A stretch of 24,000 nt of DNA from Sulfurisphaera tokodaii str. 7 (GTDB lineage Archaea; Thermoproteota; Thermoprotei_A; Sulfolobales; Sulfolobaceae): the NCBI RefSeq assembly GCF_000011205.1, contig NC_003106.2, positions 2,509,938 through 2,533,937 on the forward strand. Reading direction: 5' to 3'. A program made the translations under genes and the position numbers. A model generated the notes under the pieces. It saw only the letters and a list, made by a program, of their open reading frames with translations, was not told where the DNA came from and searched no databases. This document shows, one piece after another, positions 1-8,905 of this stretch (position 1 is the stretch's first letter; every line of letters begins with the position of its first letter).

Positions 1-27
1 AACATTAAGGAATGGAACAATAGCGTA

Positions 28-1041
28 ATGGTTTTCATGAATGATGATGAGGAATTCATGATCACTAAAGTTAGGACTAGGTTTAACGATAAGAAGAGGG
101 CGTTTATGAACGTAATTAAGAGTAGTAAGGCTTTAGATAACGCGTTTAAGCATCATAAGAATGCAATCATGATTACCCTTACCGTACCTCATATTTTTCC
201 GCTAATAATTCCAGTTAAGGATAATGGGAAAATTATCGGCTTTATCCCCCTACAAGACTCCATAATAACTCAACTTAAGACATTAATGATGGCATGGATT
301 AGACAAATGTGGAAGGGTAAGGATATCAAGGTCTTTACGGCTTACGAGTATCATGGGGATTACGTTCTTCATATTCATGTTATTCTGTTTGGGGTCCCAT
401 ACCTCATTCCATGGGATAGAAAATTCGGAAGGAAGAAAGAAGACGCTTTCACATACTACGTTAGGCGTTACAATATCCCCTTACCCTCAGACCTGGAAAC
501 AAAGATGAAAGAGGGAAAGTTAGAGCGAAAGGACAAGACCCTTATTAATAAGCACATCTTTACGGCGTTACTTGATATGTGGTTAGAGAAGATTCTGGTT
601 AGGTTTGGCTCAGCCCTTCATATGAATTTACTCCAGGCTTACCTTGACTATAAGAAGAAGGAGAAGTTACAAGGACCGATAAACGAGATTCACCGTATAA
701 AAAACGGGAAATGGAAAGGTAAACCGCCGAAAGATGCAGTAATAGAATACAGTTCGGGGGCATGTTATAGAAAGGTTCAATCACCAAAGCAATACGTTTT
801 AAAGTACGTTCTCAAAATGGCTTATCTTATAGCTAATAGTAATGTGGCCAATGTAGAGGAGAAAGACCAGGCTAAGGTTTACGGCTATTGGCTCTTTGGG
901 AAACGCTTTAACTCTTATTCTCCTTCATTACTTCCAAAGGAGAAGGAAGTTAAAATCCCCTATTGGCATTTTGTAGGGGTGTTTAGAAAACTGGATTTAC
1001 CGGATTACGTAATGGATAGACTAAGTCTCGATTTGACGTGA
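28..1041 (+). CDS. HUH-superfamily rolling-circle replication initiator (Rep), two-tyrosine type. It is possibly 5'-truncated by the window edge.
   Basis: Three motifs occur in canonical order: I 'IMITLTVPH' (xTLT), II 'HIHVILFG' (HUH), III 'QYVLKYVLK' (YxxKY, compare phiX174 gpA YVAKYVNK). There is no in-frame stop between nt 1 and the ATG at 28, so the true start may be upstream. Confidence 0.6.
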   Translation: MVFMNDDEEFMITKVRTRFNDKKRAFMNVIKSSKALDNAFKHHKNAIMITLTVPHIFPLIIPVKDNGKIIGFIPLQDSIITQLKTLMMAWIRQMWKGKDIKVFTAYEYHGDYVLHIHVILFGVPYLIPWDRKFGRKKEDAFTYYVRRYNIPLPSDLETKMKEGKLERKDKTLINKHIFTALLDMWLEKILVRFGSALHMNLLQAYLDYKKKEKLQGPINEIHRIKNGKWKGKPPKDAVIEYSSGACYRKVQSPKQYVLKYVLKMAYLIANSNVANVEEKDQAKVYGYWLFGKRFNSYSPSLLPKEKEVKIPYWHFVGVFRKLDLPDYVMDRLSLDLT

Positions 1042-1047
1042 GGAAAC

Positions 1048-1650
1048 ATGATAATAGGGATTGGTAAAAGTCCTTTATCGTATTTTGTGTGGAAGTATAT
1101 GAGTGAATATATCTATAACCCTCTTTACCCTTATCCTCTTTTTTATGACGCTAAGAGAGACCTTTTGACGAGTAAGTTAGCTTATATTGATTATTTGAGG
1201 AGACTGCAAATTAAGAGGAATGAGGTTAAGATTGCAGTTTACCCCGATTACGTTTTACCGCATGAAAGTCGTGTGAATTTATCTCTATTAAAGTCGATTG
1301 AGTTTATTGTTCCCATTCACTCCTTAGAAAAGGACATAACGATAGTTGAAGAGTTACAAGAGATGGGCTTTAAGGTTTATTATGGTTATGCCTCAGATAA
1401 GCGGTATAGGTCATATACGCTTAGTGAGTTCCTTAGTATAAAAGGAAGGAAATGGTATTTGGGAATTTCAACAATGCGTGAATTTGAAGAGGCTCTACGC
1501 TATAATTTTGATGGTATTGATATAACTGGTTATCTCCTTGGGAATCATAAAATAAGAAAGGATTCGGAGAGACTAAAAAGGAGAGTTGAAGAGTTGATTA
1601 TAAAGGTTAAGCAAAAGCGGATTACGGATTTCATTGGAAAAAGCTATTAG
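1048..1650 (+). CDS. Hypothetical protein coupled to Rep, possibly a TGT/DpdA-like (tRNA-guanine-transglycosylase fold) fragment
   Basis: The ATG lies 6 nt after the Rep stop and is preceded by GTGAGG (SD-like). 'KWYLGISTMREFEEALRYNFDGIDITG' resembles the TGT signature '[25 protein letters not shown]' (LG-x-x-T...EA...D-x-x-D). At 200 aa it is too short for a full TIM barrel, so the functional call is weak. Confidence 0.45.
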   Translation: MIIGIGKSPLSYFVWKYMSEYIYNPLYPYPLFYDAKRDLLTSKLAYIDYLRRLQIKRNEVKIAVYPDYVLPHESRVNLSLLKSIEFIVPIHSLEKDITIVEELQEMGFKVYYGYASDKRYRSYTLSEFLSIKGRKWYLGISTMREFEEALRYNFDGIDITGYLLGNHKIRKDSERLKRRVEELIIKVKQKRITDFIGKSY

Positions 1651-1828
1651 CTTACCCATTTTGGTATAAGCGCTTATCCCAACGGTGAAATGTACGGGAT
1701 TATAAGACGCAAGAGGTAACGTTTTCATATACGCGTTAGCGGAATAATTTATAAAGACGGTATACACGCAAATATGCTAACGTGCAACATTTACGTATTG
1801 TATATCTCGTTAAAATGCAACTATTTAA

Positions 1829-1929
1829 CCCCTTAAGAGGGGTGCCCGTGGCGGAATTAGAAGTAATTAAAAGTAAGGGGAAGTTACGCCGCGGGTAAAC
1901 ACCTAGCTTCTGCAACTGTAGAAGGTGCC
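1829..1929. other. GC-rich intergenic element with three stem-loops. Candidates are an ncRNA, a rolling-circle origin or an element boundary.
   Basis: Hairpin 1 is CCCCT(1829-1833)/AGGGG(1838-1842). Hairpin 2 is a 9-bp stem CCCGTGGCG(1845-1853)/CGCCGCGGG(1887-1895) with one G-T pair. Hairpin 3 is CTTCT(1907-1911)/AGAAG(1920-1924). GGTGCC recurs at 1841-1846 and 1924-1929. The local G+C is much higher than in the flanking sequence. Confidence 0.3.
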
Positions 1930-2070
1930 TTTAAACTGTAACCAGCTATAGGTCTACCAATTTTCCTAGATCAAGCTTTAATTTAAAAGCAAACGTTAAT
2001 AATCAACAAAACATTAGCTGAAAACTACTGATAACAAAAGAGTTATAATTCAATCAGCAAAGTTGTATTT

Positions 2071-2727
2071 GTGATAATTTCTACAGTCCCTGGACCAGTA
2101 GCATATCCATTAATTGCCTCAACAATGAAGAGGCACGATTTTGAAATTAAATTTGAAAAAGTCCCTAATGCTGATGTGTATCTAGATGCAATACCTATTC
2201 TTGGAAAAGTTGATTATGTTCTATTATCTAAGCTTCTAATTATAACTCCTAAAATTGGTAAAAAGATTGCAGTATGGAAAAAAGGAAGTGCTAATGACAT
2301 TCTTTTACAACTTCTAGTAAAGCTTTACAATATTTCTCCCCAAGTTGTTTATACAGACAATCCATTTGAGGTACAGAAGTTATACCAGGATGGTGAAGTA
2401 GACTCTGCACTAGTAACTGTAGGTGTTACTACTAAAGGAGTATTCATAGAGGATCTATTTAAGAGTAAAGGAGTTATGTTACCGGGAATTTGTGGTGCTA
2501 AAGGTGAAAATGAAGATTTTTCCTCAGTCTATAAAGAGGGTATTGATCTATTTAATGAAAATCCTGAAGAAGTATCAGAGTACATTGCCGATAATTTACC
2601 AATACCTAGACCTTCAAGTTTTATAGAGAGGATATTTAAAAATGCTGAATACAAGGTAGAAAGAGTAAACTTTAACTTTGATGAACTAAAAAATGGGATA
2701 CTTCATGATACTTCTTCACTCTACTAA
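2071..2727 (+). CDS. Periplasmic-binding-protein-fold (MqnA/NMT1-like) protein of unknown function
   Basis: 218-aa ORF with a GTG start. 'ISTVPGPVAYPLIAS' and 'GEVDSALVT' resemble the type-2 PBP/MqnA-like pattern. It overlaps the next gene by 35 nt. Confidence 0.5.
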   Translation: MIISTVPGPVAYPLIASTMKRHDFEIKFEKVPNADVYLDAIPILGKVDYVLLSKLLIITPKIGKKIAVWKKGSANDILLQLLVKLYNISPQVVYTDNPFEVQKLYQDGEVDSALVTVGVTTKGVFIEDLFKSKGVMLPGICGAKGENEDFSSVYKEGIDLFNENPEEVSEYIADNLPIPRPSSFIERIFKNAEYKVERVNFNFDELKNGILHDTSSLY

Positions 2728-3388
2728 AGACGATATTTACGGGAAAATACCACTAATACCAATTGGTAGTATTGAGCAACACGGACCTCATTTACCTATG
2801 GGGACTGATTCTATAATCGTCGAGGAAATAGCAAAGAGAATAGAAAAAATGCTAAGCGATAAGATCCTTCTTTTTCCCACAATATATTATACTTGCTCAA
2901 TAGAACACGGTGATTTTCCATACTTTGGGGTTTCTTATATTACAATGATTTCGTACTTAACGGAACTGGTTAATCAATTGTCGAGATATTTTGATAAGGC
3001 GATAATATTAAACGGTCATGGAGGAAATGAATCAATACTTGATATTGTAAAAAGAAGTATCAATTTTCAAAATAAACACTTTAAACTTTACATATTTTCG
3101 GTTGTGGGAAAGGGTTTAGAGTACTTTAAAATACGTGATTTGCATGCCGGTACAGTAGAATCTTCTATAATTAAATACATAAATCCCAGATTAGTTAGAG
3201 AGGAAAGATTAAAGGATATTGATTACACAGTCAAGGACGGAGTGTTTAACACGATAACTACATCTGATGCTAACCCTCACGGTATAATAAACCTAGACGG
3301 TAAAGTTAAGATAGATGAAAAACTTGGCGAGGAGTTCATAAGTCGTGTTGTAAACGATTTGTACTCTTTTATTTTATCTTTGGAGTGA
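2693..3388 (+). CDS. Creatininase/ArfB-family metal-dependent amidohydrolase
   Basis: 'PIGSIEQHGPHLPMGTDS' matches the creatininase-family signature (GS-x-EQHG-x-HLP-x-x-TD), followed by 'LNGHGGN'. An alternative start is M5 at 2705. Confidence 0.85.
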   Translation: MGYFMILLHSTKDDIYGKIPLIPIGSIEQHGPHLPMGTDSIIVEEIAKRIEKMLSDKILLFPTIYYTCSIEHGDFPYFGVSYITMISYLTELVNQLSRYFDKAIILNGHGGNESILDIVKRSINFQNKHFKLYIFSVVGKGLEYFKIRDLHAGTVESSIIKYINPRLVREERLKDIDYTVKDGVFNTITTSDANPHGIINLDGKVKIDEKLGEEFISRVVNDLYSFILSLE

Positions 3389-3580
3389 CTTTTTTCCAGC
3401 TTCTGTAAGTGCGTATCTTCCTTTCTCTTTTTTAATAAGTCCTTCTTTAATCAAATCGTTAAGTTCTCTTTTTAAAGCATCAGTAGAAATATTAAGCTGA
3501 TCCTTTATATCTTTAAAAAGCACTGGTCTATTATAAGAATTGATTATACTAAGAATCTTTTCTTTTAATTCGCTTAACAT
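3374..3580 (-). CDS. Small winged-helix DNA-binding protein
   Basis: 68 aa. 'FKDIKDQLNISTDALKRELNDLIKEGLIKKEKGRYALTEAG' shows the HTH-plus-wing pattern. A TATA-like TTTTTTATAA lies about 28 nt upstream of the ATG, which suggests a leaderless transcript. Confidence 0.7.
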   Translation of the reverse strand: MLSELKEKILSIINSYNRPVLFKDIKDQLNISTDALKRELNDLIKEGLIKKEKGRYALTEAGKKSLQR

Positions 3581-3668
3581 TGATTAAATATATTGTAAAA
3601 GACTTATAAAAAATGATGGTTTACTACCGAATAGTTAAGTTTTTTAACTATCTCTCCATTATAACCTC
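3581..3668. promoter_or_regulatory. Divergent promoter spacer with two TATA-like boxes
   Basis: TTATAAAAAA at 3604-3613 (read on the minus strand) is about 28 nt from the start at 3580. GTTTTTTAAC at 3639-3648 is about 25 nt from the ATG at 3669. Both spacings fit Sulfolobus leaderless transcripts. Confidence 0.45.
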
Positions 3669-4229
3669 ATGGCCTGGTTTAACCTTGAAGAGTTAAAAAA
3701 GTACATAAGAAGAGATAACTCAGTACTTGTTGTTTGGGATGTACAAGAAGCATTGGTAAACAGTATTTTCAATAAAGAAGAATTCTTAGGAAAGCTGAAA
3801 GAGCTAATCTCAGCAGCTAGACAATATAACGTTTCAATAGTTTACACGAAAATTACTCCTTACCCAGAAAGGTTCCAAAATCCAGCGTTTAGAAGAAACT
3901 TTAATCCTGGTGATATAGTCAAAGAAGTTTATCCACAACCAGCTGATGTTGTACTTAACAAAAACACACCTAGCATATTTGTGGGTACAAACTTCGAATT
4001 AATGTTAAGAAATGTAGGAATTACAACGATTGTATTTACGGGTATTGCTACTGATATTGGTGTTGAAACTTCTGCTAGACATGCACAAGCTTTGGGTTTC
4101 TTACCGGTAATTGCTAAAGAGGCAGTATCTTCAGCTGATAAGGCAGCACATGAAAGATCATTGGCTAACCTTCAAAGGCTAATGTTGGTTCTGAGTAATA
4201 AGGAAATCATAGAAAGATGGTCAGCTTAA
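3669..4229 (+). CDS. Isochorismatase-family hydrolase-like protein (nucleophile Cys position occupied by Gly)
   Basis: 'VLVVWDVQ' supplies the Asp, and '[17 protein letters not shown]' matches the family motif GxxTxxCVxxTxRxA with Gly in place of Cys. Confidence 0.8.
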   Translation: MAWFNLEELKKYIRRDNSVLVVWDVQEALVNSIFNKEEFLGKLKELISAARQYNVSIVYTKITPYPERFQNPAFRRNFNPGDIVKEVYPQPADVVLNKNTPSIFVGTNFELMLRNVGITTIVFTGIATDIGVETSARHAQALGFLPVIAKEAVSSADKAAHERSLANLQRLMLVLSNKEIIERWSA

Positions 4230-4523
4230 ATTCAACTGGAACTTTTTCTGGGTTATTTTTATCGTATAATAATTCTTGAAGTTAAAAACATTAGTATCGT
4301 TTATCTTTTTCTGTTAGGGACGTTCATGCTAGGATTTTGCAACTCTTGTACTCGGAGACTTACGTAATTCTAGTGTATAATAAAGACAAATTATGATGGA
4401 AAATTTATACATAATTTTATTGTGTATTTATCTAAATCTGATGGAAGATACTACGTTCTAAAATATGTGAAATAAATCTTATCTTCTAATTTGAGTAAAA
4501 GTCCCGCATACTAGTGTGAAAGA

Positions 4524-4533
4524 ATTTTAAATC
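4524..4533 (+). promoter_or_regulatory. TATA-like box for the ABC transporter operon
   Basis: ATTTTAAATC is centred about 26 nt upstream of the ATG at 4555, which is leaderless spacing. Confidence 0.4.
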
Positions 4534-4554
4534 TTTCTACAAACTTTATTTTTA

Positions 4555-5259
4555 ATGAATTGCATAGAGGTAAGAAATGTTATAAAGAGGTTTAATGGTA
4601 TTTATGCTCTTAATGGTATTTCATTCTCAATTCCGTGCAATGGGAAATATGCATTGTTAGGTCCTAATGGTGCTGGTAAATCCACTACTCTAAAGATTAT
4701 TTCTGGTCTCTTAAGACCAGATTCTGGTGAAGTATACATAAAGGGTATGAATCCCACCTCTGTAGAAGTAAAAAGAATTTTAGGTTATTTGCCGGAAGAT
4801 GCGATGCCTTACAGAAATTTAACAGTAATAGAAAATCTTGAATACTTTGCTTCTTTGAGGGATTTACCTAAAGAGAGAGTTAAAGAAATGATTTATCTTT
4901 TGGGGTTAGAAGATTATATGTATGTTGAGGCTGGTAAGTTATCAAGAGGAAATTTGCAAAAACTTTCTTTAGCACTCGTTCTTCTTCATAACCCAGAAAT
5001 TGTCTTACTTGATGAACCACTTAATTATTTAGATATCCCGACGCAAGAAAGAGTAATAAACGTATTAAAATCATTAAACGGTACACTTTTAGTCTCAACA
5101 CATATAATGTCAATAGCAACTAGACTAACTGATCACGTTATAATAATTAATCACGGTAAAGTTATTTGGACTGGGTCTATAGATGAATTAAGGAGTTTAG
5201 GGAGGGAAGATGAACCGATTGAAACCATAGTAACAAAAATCATGAGTGGCACACTATGA
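4555..5259 (+). CDS. ABC transporter ATP-binding protein
   Basis: Walker A 'GPNGAGKST', signature-like '[12 protein letters not shown]' and Walker B 'IVLLDEP' are all present. Confidence 0.92.
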   Translation: MNCIEVRNVIKRFNGIYALNGISFSIPCNGKYALLGPNGAGKSTTLKIISGLLRPDSGEVYIKGMNPTSVEVKRILGYLPEDAMPYRNLTVIENLEYFASLRDLPKERVKEMIYLLGLEDYMYVEAGKLSRGNLQKLSLALVLLHNPEIVLLDEPLNYLDIPTQERVINVLKSLNGTLLVSTHIMSIATRLTDHVIIINHGKVIWTGSIDELRSLGREDEPIETIVTKIMSGTL

Positions 5260-6590
5260 AACTATTTAAAATTGCTTGGCTAAAGATTAGGTCAACATAC
5301 TCTCTACCTCTGCTTATCTTCTCTATGCTAGTTTTGATCTTTTATATATACATAGGCGTACTTGAAGCAGAAGTTACTCATCTTATTCCAAATAACTCTT
5401 TTACTCTCACATCTTTTAAAACTACAATAATAGAACTAATCGCGATCTACTTAATTTCTTACTCCATTTTCCCGACAAGTAGGGTTATTTCAAAATCCGA
5501 CCAAGATTTTCTTTTTATGATCCCTGCTGATGAAAAAGAATTAGCAATAGGAATTATTTGCTCTTATTTAATTATCAACTTATTAGTAGTAGGAGTTTTA
5601 ATTCCATTTACAGCTCCTATTTTAAGTTTTGGTTCATTCGCCTTATTCCTTATGTTCTCTATACTATTCTCCTTTATACCTATACTCTCATTAAGACTAA
5701 GGACTTTATATAGAGTAATATTTACAATCTTGTTACTGTTATGGTTCATTTCAGCTTACTTTAATTTTCCTTATTCCCCATTATCAATGTTAGATAATTA
5801 TACTTACTCATATTTTATACTTTTAGGACTTACCATTGTAGTCATTTTCTTTTCTTTATATAAGCTTAACGTGTATGATTTAGTTAGAGTAAATTATCAA
5901 TCTACCAGATCAATAAAAAATCCCATTACTTTCTCTCCATCCTCGTCTCCTCTTATTACAATGTTAAAGAAAAACATAAACTTAATCGAGCTAGGAGGAA
6001 GAGTAAGTCAAGCAACTGGAGGGCAATATGTGATTGCTAGAGTAAAAATATATTATATCTTAATACCAATCATAGCTTTAGCTCTATTGGTCTATCTATT
6101 TCCAACAACCTCATTTTTAGTTTTCTTAACTGAGTTTTTGATTTTATTAAACTATGCTCAAGCATCATTTATTAATGAACCACTCTGGTTAGATTTATCA
6201 ATTATGTCACCGTCAAAGTTTGCTAGAAATTACCTAGTAAGTAAAACCCTCACTCTGTATATTCTTTTTATCCCACTAACCATCTCTGAAATACTATCTA
6301 GAAATATAAGTTTTGCAATAGCATCGTTAGAATTTCCTCTCACTTTTATATACCTTTCCTCTATGCTTGCAAGATTTTATCCAGTTCCACAGTCTGGTAC
6401 ACAAGTCCTAAACTTAAGAAGATTGATCTTTACAATTATCGGAATTATACCAGTGCTAGTGATCTTATTTCTAAGCTTAGTTTTCCCACTCTTTACCTTT
6501 TTGATCATAGCCATTGTAGTCTCATACTTCTTCCTAAACGAGAGGTTCTGGGAAAAGGCGTTTGAAAATGCAATCTCGTCACCTTATTGA
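5256..6590 (+). CDS. Polytopic membrane protein, putative permease partner of the ABC ATPase
   Basis: An ATGA start/stop overlap at 5256-5259 joins it to the ATPase gene. It is 444 aa and hydrophobic throughout (about 10-12 predicted TM segments by eye). Confidence 0.75.
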   Translation: MKLFKIAWLKIRSTYSLPLLIFSMLVLIFYIYIGVLEAEVTHLIPNNSFTLTSFKTTIIELIAIYLISYSIFPTSRVISKSDQDFLFMIPADEKELAIGIICSYLIINLLVVGVLIPFTAPILSFGSFALFLMFSILFSFIPILSLRLRTLYRVIFTILLLLWFISAYFNFPYSPLSMLDNYTYSYFILLGLTIVVIFFSLYKLNVYDLVRVNYQSTRSIKNPITFSPSSSPLITMLKKNINLIELGGRVSQATGGQYVIARVKIYYILIPIIALALLVYLFPTTSFLVFLTEFLILLNYAQASFINEPLWLDLSIMSPSKFARNYLVSKTLTLYILFIPLTISEILSRNISFAIASLEFPLTFIYLSSMLARFYPVPQSGTQVLNLRRLIFTIIGIIPVLVILFLSLVFPLFTFLIIAIVVSYFFLNERFWEKAFENAISSPY

Positions 6591-7061
6591 ACATTTCTCT
6601 TTTCAGTTAATCTACACCTCGTATCCATCTTAAATTTTTCGTCTTTAGTATTATTTTTCTATAAAATTATATGGAATACACTTTTATTCTAAATTCTTTG
6701 TTAACGATATGCGGACACATATAGGTTATGAATTTCTATTTTAGAAGTCTCTTCACAAATTTCATACATTACTAATTTATTCGCTTCTTATCGTTTTTAT
6801 TTTTGTATCATACCACATATATTACTAAAAAAGCATTTACTATTTATTTTCGTCGTCTCTTTCACTCTTAAGCTATCACTTAATCTCTCTTTTCCGATTT
6901 TTAAAGTCTTTATAAATGTTAATCTATATTTATAAACATAAGTCAGAATATAAGCTTGCTTTTAGATATTATTTTATAATTAATGATATATAACTGTAAA
7001 ATTAAAAATTATCTTTTAGATTCCCTTCTTTCTTCTCATTTTTCTCTTTTTCAAGAACCTC

Positions 7062-7091
7062 AAAAAGATGTACCCATGCTAAAAAGCATGG
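7062..7091 (-). terminator. Hairpin plus T-tract downstream of the dienelactone hydrolase gene
   Basis: A perfect 7-bp stem CCATGCT(7074-7080)/AGCATGG(7085-7091) with a 4-nt loop lies about 25 nt after the stop at 7115. On the minus strand it is followed by CTTTTT. Confidence 0.35.
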
Positions 7092-7114
7092 ATCTACTTT
7101 CTCCCTTTTTTCAC

Positions 7115-7900
7115 TCATTTCGATAACCTCTTTAAGAAATTCTTTACTCTTTCCCAAGCATCTTCAGCAGCATCTTTATTATAAACTGGTCCTCTATCAT
7201 TAAAGAACGCATGGTATGCCCCAGGATAAATCTTAAGCTCTAAATCTTTCTTGTATTTTATTACTGCTGATATTAAATCCGGTAATCCGGATAGTATTGG
7301 TGGATCTTCGCCTGCATATAAACCTAGAATTGGTCCCTTAATCTTCTGTACAGCATCAATAGGTTGAGGATTCCTACCATAAAATACTATAGTCCCATCG
7401 AGTGGTACTTCAGTAGCTAACTGGAAAGCTAGTCCTCCTCCCATACAGAAACCCATACTAACAATCTTCTTATAACCTTGGGAATTTAGATATTCATAGG
7501 CCTTAATCAGATCCTTTATCATCTGTTCTTCCATTTTAGCCCTTCCAGTAACTAACAATTCAACTACTTTTTTACCATTCTCATCAAGTGAACTGATTAT
7601 TTCATTATATGTACTGGGATCTGTCCTTTTTTCTGCTGGTATACTCCAGACTTTTCGCATAACATTCTGTATATTTTCTGGTGTAAGGATATTTTCATAC
7701 TTGGTATATAGCTGTGGGGCAAACGCAAAATAACCTTCGTTAGCTAGTCTTCTTGAAATGTCCTTAATATTATCATTAAGCCCCCATATCTCATGAATTA
7801 CAATAACAGCTAGTTTAGGATTTTCTGGGGAAGCTATAAAAGCTCTTATATTTGAGTCGTATGAGTTATAAAATATTTCCTTTTCCGAAAGCATAATCAT
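7115..7900 (-). CDS. Dienelactone hydrolase family protein
   Basis: 'VIHEIWGLNDNIKDISRRLANEGYFAFAPQLY' and the nucleophile-elbow 'GFCMGGG' are typical of DLH-type alpha/beta hydrolases. The C-terminal 'YPGAYHAF' supplies the His. Confidence 0.85.
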   Translation of the reverse strand: MIMLSEKEIFYNSYDSNIRAFIASPENPKLAVIVIHEIWGLNDNIKDISRRLANEGYFAFAPQLYTKYENILTPENIQNVMRKVWSIPAEKRTDPSTYNEIISSLDENGKKVVELLVTGRAKMEEQMIKDLIKAYEYLNSQGYKKIVSMGFCMGGGLAFQLATEVPLDGTIVFYGRNPQPIDAVQKIKGPILGLYAGEDPPILSGLPDLISAVIKYKKDLELKIYPGAYHAFFNDRGPVYNKDAAEDAWERVKNFLKRLSK

Positions 7901-8905
7901 GTATGATAATAAACAAATTAAAAATTAACTACTTAAATTCAACAGTTGTAAAAAATATGTTAAAAACTAATATAGTTAATTTATATAAGAAAATCATAGA
8001 TCATAATATGAGATTTTATACATCTTGAAATTAGCAACAGAATTCCATCATAATATGCTGATAATTATGAGTATAAGTATTGTGTCGTCATTATGGTATA
8101 AATTTATTAGATAACCTTTTCTTTACATGGAGTATGAGTATTAAATTAAGGTATTATTATATGCTAAAATTTACAGAAATATAAATTATTCCAATAAAAG
8201 CATATGATTGTAATACTCTTTGGGTGACTCGTGGATTTTTAGTATTTAAACAATTGGGATACTAACTAAGTTTAGTGTTACTTGTTTATTTAAGCATCTG
8301 TATTAATTTTATATAAATATGGGCTAATCGTTAAGCAATGTAAAAAATTATTTTTATGTATATTTATTGTATTCTACTTACGTATATTCTTGGACAAACT
8401 ATTTTGTAGTTTTCCTCTTGAACAATTTATTTATAATTCATAAAGTCTAATAAACATTTTTTATCGGCCAAATTATAAAACCTATTTTATACGTTCAGTA
8501 ATATCTTTCTCTTTTTAAGTTTTTTATTTATGTAACATTTTGTTATGTTAATTTTTAAAAAGTTTTTAAGGTTCTCTTAAAGTATAAAGGCTAAGGAAGT
8601 AAAAAACCATACCAAAAGACAAATATATCATTTATATAGCTACTCTTGTTTTTAAATCTAAAGTCCCAAGCATTATTTATCATTAAACTTAAGACTTTCT
8701 TACTTAACAAGGACTCTATACTTTCTCTGAAAGTACCATTATATCTAAGTGATTATGAGATTTCTTTTTATCTCTAAAGTAATATAAATTGAAATTTTAT
8801 TATATGAATAATTTTCTTTAAAATTATGATAATCAAATCTTTAACTATTTTTAGGGCTCTCTCATCGAGCTTATTTTGTTTTACGATTTTATAAATTATT
8901 CCTCA

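Larger units (their letters stand above)
1..1950. mobile_element. Putative end of an integrated rolling-circle plasmid/virus-like element (Rep, coupled small gene, GC-rich structured boundary region). Its extent to the left is unknown.
   Basis: The block holds an HUH Rep gene plus an SD-coupled downstream gene. Hand counts of several 60-nt lines give visibly higher G+C here than in most lines to the right. GC-rich stem-loops at 1829-1929 sit just before unrelated host-type genes start at 2071. No integrase or clear att/tRNA is visible in the window. Confidence 0.35.

Noticed and set aside
571-577. CTTGATA, identical to the pC194/phiX174-type nick-site core, inside the Rep gene
   Set aside because: A 7-mer is expected a few times by chance in 24 kb on both strands, and no flanking hairpin was noted. 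It is worth testing only if Rep activity is assayed.
599-787. 62-aa minus-strand ORF inside the Rep gene
   Set aside because: It is antisense to a motif-bearing CDS and has no independent signals.
1573-1767. 64-aa minus-strand ORF spanning the 3' end of the 200-aa gene and the spacer
   Set aside because: It overlaps a better-supported CDS. Its composition is not protein-like and no promoter or SD was seen.
1838-1935. Possible tRNA gene or tRNA with intron in the GC-rich patch
   Set aside because: No cloverleaf can be drawn on either strand. The 9-bp stem encloses only 33 nt, the anticodon-like hairpin has an 8-nt loop, and no T-arm (GTTCRAATC-type) pairs. At most it is a short 3'-end-like fragment.
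4393-4445. C/D-box sRNA-like elements (ATGATGG ... CTGATGG)
   Set aside because: The box spacing (~38 nt to the first CTGA, with no terminal D box after a 12-nt guide) does not fit the archaeal C-D'-C'-D layout.
5564-5749. 61-aa minus-strand ORF inside the ABC permease-like gene
   Set aside because: It is an antisense shadow ORF within a hydrophobic CDS.
8000-8057. 11-nt direct repeat ATCATAATATG at 8000-8010 and 8047-8057
   Set aside because: It is a low-complexity AT-rich match in ~25% G+C DNA. It is plausibly chance and no associated gene or structure was found.
7901-8880. Replication origin (oriC) in the very AT-rich gene desert
   Set aside because: I saw no ORB or mini-ORB-like (CCAGTGGAAA-type) repeats, and there is no adjacent orc1/cdc6 or whiP gene in the window.
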